DNA of 64,000 bases from Planctomycetia bacterium (GTDB lineage: Bacteria; Planctomycetota; Planctomycetia; Pirellulales; UBA1268). The DNA lies in contig JAIOPD010000106.1 in assembly GCA_021414115.1 (NCBI GenBank), positions 24,147 through 88,146 of the forward strand, read 5' to 3'. The position numbers and the translations under genes are program-made. Below the pieces are notes generated by a model. It saw nothing but the letters and a program-made list of their open reading frames with translations. It ran no database searches and was not told where the DNA came from. This document shows, one piece after another, positions 37,554 through 46,708 of the stretch. Within the stretch, counting starts at the first letter, position 1. The number at the start of each line of letters is the position of its first letter.

Positions 37554-38980
37554 TCACGCAGGCGAGCAGCGGCTTCATCCCCCGTGCGGACGACGCAGCG
37601 GCCATCCGCGTCGTCTGCTTGAGCACCCAGGGGGGCCATTCCGGCGGGGCCGCGATCGCGATGGAGCGTCTCGCGGCGGGCATGCGTGCCCGGGGCGCCG
37701 AAGTCGATGTGGTCACCCGCGCCGCCGTGGCCCGTGACCAGGTGCCGCTCGAGCGGCGCGTGCGGCGGATCGTCAGGCACGCGCGGTCCGACCTCAGCAA
37801 CACGATGTTCACCGCCGACTGGCCGGCGTGGGACGTCTCGGCCCATCCCGCCGTGGCGGCGGCCGACGTGGTGAACGTCCACTGGGTCGCAGGATTCCTC
37901 GGCCCCGAGTCGATCCGGCGGCTCGTCGCCACGGGCAAGCCCTTGATCTGGACGTTGCACGACCAGCGGCCCTTCACGGGTGGTTGCCATTACACCTTCG
38001 GATGTGAAGGCTTCACCGCGGGCTGCCAATCGTGCCCGCAGCTCACCGCCTCCTTCGCCGAGCTGCCGCGGCGCGCGCTGGCTCTCGCCGCCCGCCGGCT
38101 GAGGGGCGTGCCGCTCGTGTTCGTGAGCGGGAGCCGATGGCTTGCCGGAGAGCTCACGCGATCACGCATCTTCGATCCCGGGGCCCACGAGTGCCATGTG
38201 ATTCAAAATGGCATCGACCTCGCTCGCTACGCACCCACCGTCGACAGGCGGATGGTCCGTCGCCGACTCGGTCTGCCTGAGGAAGGGCTCGGCATCCTCC
38301 TCGGAAGCGTGTCGCTCGACGAGGCGCGGAAGGGTGCCCGCGAGGCTGCGGCCGCGATCGCGGCGCTGGCCGCGCACCTCCGCGACGCGGGGCATGCCGG
38401 GCCGTCACCGTTCGTGCTCACGTATGGGTCGGGTACGGCCACGATCGAGGGCGTTCCGGTGCGGCATCTCGGGCCGCTCGACGAGCCGGGGGTCATCGAG
38501 GCGGTCCACGCCAGCGACATCCACCTCACGATGACCCGCGAAGACAACCTGCCCAACACCGTGATGGAGGCGCTGGCCTGCGGCGTGCCCGTGGTAGGCA
38601 CGGCCGTCGGCGGACTGCCTGACATGATCGACGACGGCATCAACGGCTGGCTCGTGCCCCGGGGCGATGCCGCCGCCGCGGCCGCGATCCTCGCGCGGCT
38701 GGCCCATGACGGCGGGGCCGTCGCCGCGGCTGCGGTGCGGGCCCGGGCGCGGGCCGAAACGGACTGGGACGCGCGGCACGTCGCCGGCCGGTTTCTCGCA
38801 CTCGCCGCCACGCTTCTCGACCGCCATGCGGGTGGCGACGGCCACGGCTCGCTCAAACAACTCGGGCTGACCCCGGCCGCCGCCGCCGTCCTCGGCCGCC
38901 GCAGACTCTTGCGCCGGCTGCGGCGGCTCGCTCACCGCTCGACCATGACCCTCGCGGCCACCCGGCCGGTCTCCCGATGA
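37550..38980 (+). CDS. glycosyltransferase family 4 (GT-B)
   Basis: IRVVCLSTQGGHSGGAAIAMERLAAGMRARG at the N-terminus and the E-x7-E region REDNLPNTVMEALACGVPVVGTAVGGLPDMI. Confidence 0.8.
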   Translation: MITQASSGFIPRADDAAAIRVVCLSTQGGHSGGAAIAMERLAAGMRARGAEVDVVTRAAVARDQVPLERRVRRIVRHARSDLSNTMFTADWPAWDVSAHPAVAAADVVNVHWVAGFLGPESIRRLVATGKPLIWTLHDQRPFTGGCHYTFGCEGFTAGCQSCPQLTASFAELPRRALALAARRLRGVPLVFVSGSRWLAGELTRSRIFDPGAHECHVIQNGIDLARYAPTVDRRMVRRRLGLPEEGLGILLGSVSLDEARKGAREAAAAIAALAAHLRDAGHAGPSPFVLTYGSGTATIEGVPVRHLGPLDEPGVIEAVHASDIHLTMTREDNLPNTVMEALACGVPVVGTAVGGLPDMIDDGINGWLVPRGDAAAAAAILARLAHDGGAVAAAAVRARARAETDWDARHVAGRFLALAATLLDRHAGGDGHGSLKQLGLTPAAAAVLGRRRLLRRLRRLAHRSTMTLAATRPVSR

Positions 38981-40014
38981 ATCCCCAAGCCATCTGCCGC
39001 ATCCACCCCGCCTCGCCGCTGCGGACCGAGGGGGTCGATTTTCTCGGCAGCGTGTTTCCTGAGCACGCGTTCCCTCCGGTCATGGGCACCGGCGACGACT
39101 TCCGGGCCGCCTGCCGCCGCGGCTATGCCGCCATGGGGGAATCGCGGGTCGCGATCGCGGGATTGGCCCGAAACGTCGGCGGCGTCCTGCCGCTGACCAT
39201 CCGGCGGATCGAGGACCTCGGCCGGTGGTTCGCCGACTACCGCGTCTTTGTCTATGAAAATGACTCGAGCGACGACACCCGGCCTCTGCTCGGGAGTTGG
39301 ACGCGGTCCAATCCCCGGGTGCATGTCACCTGCGAGGATCTCCGCGACCCGGTCAATCCCACCACCCGCTGCATCGCGCGGGCCGAACGGATGGCCTTCT
39401 ACCGCCACCGCTGCCAGCAGGACGTGCTCGCCCGCTGCGGCCGCTTCGACTTCACGATCCTCATCGATCTCGACATCCTCGGCGGCTGGAGCATCGACGG
39501 CATCGCCAACAGTTTCGGCCACCACGGCTGGGATTTCGTCGGCTCCAACGGACTCATCTATCGCCGCGACGGACTCGCGATGAACGCGCTGCGGCAGTAC
39601 GACACCTGGGCGCTACGGTTCGACGGCGACCTCACGCCGCTGTCGACGTCCGCGGCCGGCGGCCTCGTCTATGGCCGCGGCACGCCGCTCGTCCCCGTCA
39701 CCTCGTGCTTCGGCGGCCTCGGCATCTATACGATGGATGCGTACGGGGCCGGGCGATATGCCACCGACGATCTCGAGCACGCGACGTTCCACCGCGAGTT
39801 GATCGCCCGCGGTCGCTCGCGACTGTTTCTCAATCCGAGTCAGATCCTCGTCTATGGCCGCCGGCGGCGGTTCGGTGACCGGACGGTCGTGCGGCTCCTC
39901 GATGCCTGGGCCGCCGTGTCGGGGCGGCGAGAGCGAACGCTCTTTCCCCCCGGCGGCCGGCCGCACGGTGTCGATCGGGCGGCCGACGAAGTCGCCATCC
40001 GCGCCGCCGCGTAG
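38977..40014 (+). CDS. hypothetical protein, possibly GT-A-like glycosyltransferase (weak resemblance to the CAP59/CMT1 type)
   Basis: YRVFVYENDSSDDTRPLL and ILIDLDILGGWS acidic motifs. Translationally coupled to the GT4 gene (ATGA at 38977-38980). Family assignment is a guess. Confidence 0.45.
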   Translation: MNPQAICRIHPASPLRTEGVDFLGSVFPEHAFPPVMGTGDDFRAACRRGYAAMGESRVAIAGLARNVGGVLPLTIRRIEDLGRWFADYRVFVYENDSSDDTRPLLGSWTRSNPRVHVTCEDLRDPVNPTTRCIARAERMAFYRHRCQQDVLARCGRFDFTILIDLDILGGWSIDGIANSFGHHGWDFVGSNGLIYRRDGLAMNALRQYDTWALRFDGDLTPLSTSAAGGLVYGRGTPLVPVTSCFGGLGIYTMDAYGAGRYATDDLEHATFHRELIARGRSRLFLNPSQILVYGRRRRFGDRTVVRLLDAWAAVSGRRERTLFPPGGRPHGVDRAADEVAIRAAA

Positions 40015-40018
40015 GCCA

Positions 40019-40224
40019 AGACTTTGGTGGCTCGGGGCTGCCCGTGCCCCGAGGGCCGGACGTTCGCGTCGGGCATCACGCCCGCCGCTCTCTGCATGTC
40101 CGCTGCGCTTCGGCATCCTGCCTTCGCTCGCTCCCATAGCCCGGCTCTCGGGGCTCGGGGCAGCCCCTCGCGGGTTCTCGATGGTGTCCGTTGCCGGGGA
40201 AGCCCGGAGCGCAAGCGACGGGTA
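40019..40224. repeat. Copy 2 of the structured intergenic repeat (arms 40034-40059 / 40141-40167; lacks part of the 5' flank; arms degenerate)
   Basis: Begins 5 nt after the TAG stop at 40012-40014. GACTTTGGTGG, the arm, the CTGCGCTTCGGCATCCTGCC core and the GTTGCCGGGGAAGCCCGGAGCGCAAGCGACGGGTA tail align with copies 1 and 3. Confidence 0.8.
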
Positions 40225-40421
40225 TCCGGGTCGTGAGGCGTGCCAGCGGCGGGGAGCCGATTGAGGTTGAGGACGGAGTTCCCGACGCTCTTCGAGCGTT
40301 CGCCGACCGCCTTTGCCTCCCCGCCCGGAAATCGGTCCCCGTTTCGGTCATACTTGCGGGTCAGGGCGTCGGCGGTCGGTTCACGACCCTTCCCCGCCCC
40401 CAGGACCACAATAGGCACACC

Positions 40422-41456
<1,035 letters not shown>

Positions 41457-41514
41457 CACGCGTGGAGCGAGCCCGCGATGATCGTGGTCACCTTTTTACT
41501 TTTCCCTGAGCCGC

Positions 41515-42426
41515 ATGTTGACCGACCGACAGCCGCGATCGTTTCTCGACCCGCAGGTGCTCGCGAGGCTCTCCGCGGTGCCGTTGCTGGCCCGCCGCCC
41601 GATGGTGGGCAGCGTGTCGGGGCGGCATGCGAGCCCGCACCGCGGCTCGAGCGTCGAGTTTGCGGAATACCGCAAGTACGTGCCGGGTGACGATCTCCGG
41701 CGGCTCGACTGGCGGGCATTCGGCCGGTCCGACCGCCACTACGTCAAGGAATACGAGGCCGACACCAACCTGCGGCTGTGTCTCGTCCTCGACACCTCGG
41801 GCTCGATGAACTTCGGCCCGGGCGCGATGACGAAGATCGACTTCGCGCGGCGGATCTGCGGGGCGCTGTCGTACCTCGCCTCCCAGCAGGGGGACGCGGT
41901 CGGCATTTCGTGCGTCGCCGACGGCATCGTGCGGACGCTCCCTCCGCGGCGCAGCCCGGCACACCTCAGGCTCGTGTTCGACCTGCTCGACGAGGTGCGG
42001 CCCGCGGGACCGACGCGGCTCCCCGAGGTGCTCCATGAGTTCGCCGAGACCATCCGGCAGCGGGCCGTGGTCGTGATCGTCTCCGACTTGTTCGCCGATC
42101 CGGCGGCGCTGGCGTCGGCGTTCAGCCACTTGCGGTTTCGCCGGCACGATGTCGCCGCCTTCCACCTGCTCGATCCGCAGGAGATCGCGTTTCAGTTTCA
42201 ACGGCCGACCCGGTTTCTCGACATGGAGGGGGGCGCGGCGATTTTCGCCGACCCGATCGACATCTCCGACCGCTATCACAGGGCGGTGGAGGCCTACCTC
42301 GCCGACATGAAGAAGATCGTGCTGGAATCGGCCGTCGACTATCACCGCGTCCTCACCGACGAGCCCTATGAGCAGGCGGTGGCCCGGTTTCTGGTGGGCC
42401 GCGCGGCCGGGAGGGGTCTGCGATGA
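41515..42426 (+). CDS. DUF58 domain protein (vWA-like, MoxR partner)
   Basis: GRHASPHRGSSVEFAEYRKYVPGDDLRRLDWRAFGRSDRHYVKEYE and the MIDAS-like LVLDTSGSM. Confidence 0.9.
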   Translation: MLTDRQPRSFLDPQVLARLSAVPLLARRPMVGSVSGRHASPHRGSSVEFAEYRKYVPGDDLRRLDWRAFGRSDRHYVKEYEADTNLRLCLVLDTSGSMNFGPGAMTKIDFARRICGALSYLASQQGDAVGISCVADGIVRTLPPRRSPAHLRLVFDLLDEVRPAGPTRLPEVLHEFAETIRQRAVVVIVSDLFADPAALASAFSHLRFRRHDVAAFHLLDPQEIAFQFQRPTRFLDMEGGAAIFADPIDISDRYHRAVEAYLADMKKIVLESAVDYHRVLTDEPYEQAVARFLVGRAAGRGLR

Positions 42427-44438
42427 CGTTCCTCCAGCCTTGGGTGCTCTTCGCCCTGCCCTTGGTAGGCCTGCCGCTGATCATCCATCTCATCAATCAA
42501 CGGCGGTTCCAGACCGTGCCCTGGGCCGCGATGATGTTTCTGCTATCGGCCCGGGCGCTGTCGCGGGGCTATTCGCAGCTGCGGCACTGGCTGATCATGC
42601 TCCTGCGGATGCTGGCGGTGGCGGCCGTGATCCTCGCGGTGGGCCGGCCGCTCGCGCGGGGCTGGCTGGCGCTCGCCGGTGGCGGCCGGCCCGATTCTGC
42701 GATCGTCGTGCTCGACCGCTCGCCCAGTATGCAGGCCCGAGATCCCGCAGGCGGAGAGTCGAAACTCGACACCGGCCGCCGGCAGCTCGTCGAGTCGCTC
42801 CGGACCCTTGGCCCCGGCCGGGTCATGCTCGCCACCGACGCCGGGCGGGGGCCCGTCGAGGTTCCGAGCCCCGAGGCGATCACCGAACTGGCGACGGCCG
42901 GCCCCGTCGCCGCGGCCACCGATCTGCCGGGGCTGCTCCAGTCGGCTTATGAGTTCATCCGCGAGAACGGTGCGGGCACGACTGAGATCTGGATCTGCTC
43001 GGATCAGCGGGCCAACGACTGGCGGCCCGATGACGGTGCGTGGGGCGGCATCCGCGACGCCTTCGCGAAACTTCCCCAGCAGGTGAGGTTTCAACTGCTT
43101 TCGTTCCCGGCACCGGCGGTCGGCAATGTCGGCGTCCGCGTGGGAGGCGTCCGGCTCGAGACCGTGGGTCGCGACCGCCAGCTCGTCGTCACCGTCTCCG
43201 TGTCGCGGCTGGAGGAAGGTCCGCGGCTCACGCTGCCGCTCACGTTCGAGATCAGCGGCGTGACCTCGGCCGTCGACATCGAACTTTCCGGCCGCGAGGC
43301 GGTGCTCAAGAACCACGTCATCCCACTGGAGCGGACCGCGGCCACGCCGGGCTTTGGCACGGTCTCGATTCCAGCCGACGCCGACCCCGCCGACAACGAG
43401 TTTTTCTTCGCCTACGACGAGCCGGCGCCGCGGCGCTCGCTCGTGCTGGCCGACGACCCCGCCGCGCGGCGGGTGTTGGAACTGGTGGCGGGGATCGCCC
43501 CGGAAAAGGATGCGGTGGCGACGGTCGATGTGCTCGCGGCCGGCGGCCTCGCCGCGGCGGCGTGGGGCGACGCCGCGGTGCTGCTCTGGCAGGCGGCCCT
43601 GCCGGAAGGTCCTGCTGCCGACACGGTGCGGGCCTTCGTCGACCGCGGCGGTCAGGTCATCTTCTTTCCACCCGATGTGCCGACGTCGGCCGCCTTCGCG
43701 GGTGTGTCGTGGGGCGCGTGGACCACCCACGCCGCGGCCGTCGCTCCCGAGTCGTGGCGGACCGACCAAGACCTGCTCGCCAATACGCTCGCGGGGGGCG
43801 CGCTGCCGCTGGGTGAGCTGGAGGTGAAGCGGTCGTGCGCAGTCGCCGGCGATGCGGTGCCGCTGGCCTCGCTGCCCGGCGCCGCGACCCTGGTGGCCCG
43901 CTCGTCCGAGGTCGAGGGGGTGACGTTCTGTGCGACCACGCCGGCACCGCGCGACTCCTCGCTCGCCTCCGAAGGAATCGTGCTCTATGCCCTCGTGCAG
44001 CGGGCGATCGATCGCGGCCGCTCAGTGCTCGGCGCGGGGCGACAACTCGACGCGGGATCGGCGGCCGTCGCGGTCGCCCAAGCCAACCCCGCCTGGACGC
44101 GGATCGCCGGCCCGACCGCCGGCGGCTCGACCGAAGCGGGCCTGCATGCCGGCGTGTTTCGCGCGGGTGACCGGCTCTTCGCCGTGAACCGTCCGCTCGC
44201 CGAAGATGTGGCGGCTGCCGTGGGCGATGACCGCGTCGACGGGCTCTTTCGGGGTCTCGGTTTTTCGCGGATCAGCGGCCGGGCCGGCGCGGCGGACAGC
44301 ATCGTGCAGGAGACCTGGCGGGCATTTCTGATCGCGATGCTCTTGGCCCTGATCGGCGAAGGCTTGTTGAGCCTGCCGAGGCAAACGGTCGCCGCGGTCA
44401 CGCCGGCTGGTTTTCGGCAAGCGGAGGCCGCCGCATGA
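42423..44438 (+). CDS. BatA N-terminal domain (double-TM) membrane protein with vWA-like region, 671 aa
   Basis: MTFLQPWVLFALPLVGLPLIIHLINQRRFQTVPW and a second TM. VVLDRSPSM motif and a C-terminal TM helix. ATGA overlaps at both ends. Confidence 0.8.
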   Translation: MTFLQPWVLFALPLVGLPLIIHLINQRRFQTVPWAAMMFLLSARALSRGYSQLRHWLIMLLRMLAVAAVILAVGRPLARGWLALAGGGRPDSAIVVLDRSPSMQARDPAGGESKLDTGRRQLVESLRTLGPGRVMLATDAGRGPVEVPSPEAITELATAGPVAAATDLPGLLQSAYEFIRENGAGTTEIWICSDQRANDWRPDDGAWGGIRDAFAKLPQQVRFQLLSFPAPAVGNVGVRVGGVRLETVGRDRQLVVTVSVSRLEEGPRLTLPLTFEISGVTSAVDIELSGREAVLKNHVIPLERTAATPGFGTVSIPADADPADNEFFFAYDEPAPRRSLVLADDPAARRVLELVAGIAPEKDAVATVDVLAAGGLAAAAWGDAAVLLWQAALPEGPAADTVRAFVDRGGQVIFFPPDVPTSAAFAGVSWGAWTTHAAAVAPESWRTDQDLLANTLAGGALPLGELEVKRSCAVAGDAVPLASLPGAATLVARSSEVEGVTFCATTPAPRDSSLASEGIVLYALVQRAIDRGRSVLGAGRQLDAGSAAVAVAQANPAWTRIAGPTAGGSTEAGLHAGVFRAGDRLFAVNRPLAEDVAAAVGDDRVDGLFRGLGFSRISGRAGAADSIVQETWRAFLIAMLLALIGEGLLSLPRQTVAAVTPAGFRQAEAAA

Positions 44439-46642
44439 ACGGCGTCGCCGGCCTCCGATTCTTTACGACGCCGTGGACGATCGGCCTTTCGGCCGCCCTG
44501 GTCGCGGCGATTGCGGTCGTCGCTTTCCTGACCTGGCGGCGGAGCGGGTTTGCCGCCGGCACCGGGCTCGTCGAACTGCTGCGGCTCGTGATCGCCAGTG
44601 TCGTCGCGGTCCTCCTCAATCAGCCCGAGTGGGTCGAGGAGTATCGGCCCGACGAGAAGCCGGCCGTCGCGGTGCTCTGGGATGCATCGCGCAGCATGGA
44701 CACGCGGGACGTCGTGTCGGGCGGGACCGCGTCGGCCGGTGGCCCGCGTTCCCGGCGCGACGCCGTGGCGCCGCTCGCCGCGAGCGAGTTTTGGGCGGCG
44801 CTGACGCCGCGGTTCGACGTGGTCGTCGAGCCGTTTTCCCCAACGCCGCCGGGCACCGGCACCGATCTCGGTGACCCGCTCGCGAAGTCGCTCGAGCGGT
44901 TCGCATCCCTGCGTGCGGTGGTGATCGCCTCCGACGGCGACTGGAACAAGGGGCGGTCGCCGCTCGACGCGGCGCAGGCCCTGAGGCTCGCGCAGGTGCC
45001 CGTCTACGCCGTGCCGGTCGGCAGCGCGACCAAACTCCCCGATCTCGAGCTCGCGAGCCTCGATTGCCCCACCATGGGCGTGGCGGACAAGCCGGTCCGC
45101 GTCCCCTTCACGATCGTCTCGTCGTTGCCGACCGAGCGGGTGGTCATCGCCACGCTCACGCCGTCGAGCGGCGAGAAACTCGTCAAGGAGGTTCGTATCC
45201 CCGCGATGGCGACGGTCTCCGATTGGATCTACTGGACGCCTCCCGGGGTCGGCGATTACACGGTCACGCTCACCATCCCTGTGGAGCAGGGGGAGATCCT
45301 GCCGGACAACAACGAGCGCACGGCGCCGATCGCCGTGCGGCAGGAGAAGCTCAAGGTTCTCGTCGTCGAGAGCGTGCCGCGGTGGGAATATCGCTACCTC
45401 CGCAACGCCCTGGCACGGGATCCTGGCGTCGACGTGTCGTGTCTGCTTTTCCAACCGGGGCTCTCGAAGCGGGGAGGCGGCAACAAGGACTACATCCAGA
45501 CGTTCCCCGCGGGCCTCGACGAACTCTCCCAGTACGACGTCGTGTTTCTCGGCGACGTCGGTGTGGGCAACGGTCAGCTCACCGACGAGGACTGCCGGCT
45601 GCTCAAGGGGCTCGTCGAATACCAGGCCAGTGGACTCGTCTTCATGCCCGGCTGGCGGGGCGAGCAGGCGTCGCTCGTCGGCACACCGCTCGAGGAGCTC
45701 TGTCCGGTGGTGATCGACGTCGCCCGGCCCGATGGCGTGGCTACCGATGGCCCGCGACGGCTCGTGCTCACCGAGGCCGGCCGAAAGAGCCTGCTCACCA
45801 AACTCGCCGACTCCGGCGGTGAAAACGTCGCCGTGTGGGAGAGCCTGCCGGGTGGGCAATGGTACGGCCCCGTCCTCCGGGCCAAGGCGGGCAGCGAGGT
45901 GCTCGCCGTCCACGAGGACGCCGCCAACGAGTATGGCCGCATTCCCCTGCTCGTCACCCGGACGTTCGGTGCCGGAAAGGTGCTGTATATGGCCACCGAC
46001 GGCGCCTGGCGGTGGCGGAAGGGGGTGGAGGACAAATACCATTATCGGTTCTGGGGCCAGGTCGTCCGCTGGATGGCCTACCGCCGCAACATGGCCAAGG
46101 GTGAACGCATGAGCCTGTCGTTCGCACCGGAGCAGCCGCAACTCGGCCAGTCGATCGCGATCGACGCGCGGATCGCCGAGGCAGGCGGCGAGCCACTCGC
46201 CCGCGGCGACGTGACGGCGAGGATCCGGACGCCATCGGGGGCGGAGGAGACGGTGCGATTCACGCCCCCGGGGGGTGACGGCGAGTGGGGTGTGTTCGCC
46301 GGAAGCTTCACGCCTTCCGAGCCCGGGCAGCACGACGTGCTCCTCTCCTGCAAGGAAACCGGCGACACGCTCGAGGCCTCGATCTTCGTGCAAGGGTCGG
46401 TCGCGGAGGGCATCGGCAAGGCCGCACGGCCCGAGGTGCTCGCCGAGATCGCCCAGGTGACCAGGGGCCGCGTCGTCCGGCCGGAGGAAATCGCCGGCCT
46501 CGTCGACGCGCTCTCGGCCTTGCCCGATCCACCACCGGCCATCCGGCGCATGCAGCTCTGGAGCCATCCGCTGGTCGCGGCCACGCTCGTCGGGCTGCTG
46601 GGGCTTTTTTGGATCGGACGCAAGCGACAAGGGCTCGTCTGA
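44435..46642 (+). CDS. membrane protein with vWA-like MIDAS motif and a class-I-amidotransferase-like (DUF1355-type) domain, 735 aa
   Basis: Two N-terminal TM helices, VLWDASRSM, LKVLVVESVPRWEYRYLRNAL...YDVVFLGDV, and a C-terminal TM LVAATLVGLLGLFWIG. Confidence 0.65.
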   Translation: MNGVAGLRFFTTPWTIGLSAALVAAIAVVAFLTWRRSGFAAGTGLVELLRLVIASVVAVLLNQPEWVEEYRPDEKPAVAVLWDASRSMDTRDVVSGGTASAGGPRSRRDAVAPLAASEFWAALTPRFDVVVEPFSPTPPGTGTDLGDPLAKSLERFASLRAVVIASDGDWNKGRSPLDAAQALRLAQVPVYAVPVGSATKLPDLELASLDCPTMGVADKPVRVPFTIVSSLPTERVVIATLTPSSGEKLVKEVRIPAMATVSDWIYWTPPGVGDYTVTLTIPVEQGEILPDNNERTAPIAVRQEKLKVLVVESVPRWEYRYLRNALARDPGVDVSCLLFQPGLSKRGGGNKDYIQTFPAGLDELSQYDVVFLGDVGVGNGQLTDEDCRLLKGLVEYQASGLVFMPGWRGEQASLVGTPLEELCPVVIDVARPDGVATDGPRRLVLTEAGRKSLLTKLADSGGENVAVWESLPGGQWYGPVLRAKAGSEVLAVHEDAANEYGRIPLLVTRTFGAGKVLYMATDGAWRWRKGVEDKYHYRFWGQVVRWMAYRRNMAKGERMSLSFAPEQPQLGQSIAIDARIAEAGGEPLARGDVTARIRTPSGAEETVRFTPPGGDGEWGVFAGSFTPSEPGQHDVLLSCKETGDTLEASIFVQGSVAEGIGKAARPEVLAEIAQVTRGRVVRPEEIAGLVDALSALPDPPPAIRRMQLWSHPLVAATLVGLLGLFWIGRKRQGLV

Positions 46643-46708
46643 TGATCATGCTGTTGATATTCGGGCCACGCGCGACGCGCAGCGTCGACATTCCACGAGG
46701 CAACTCTC

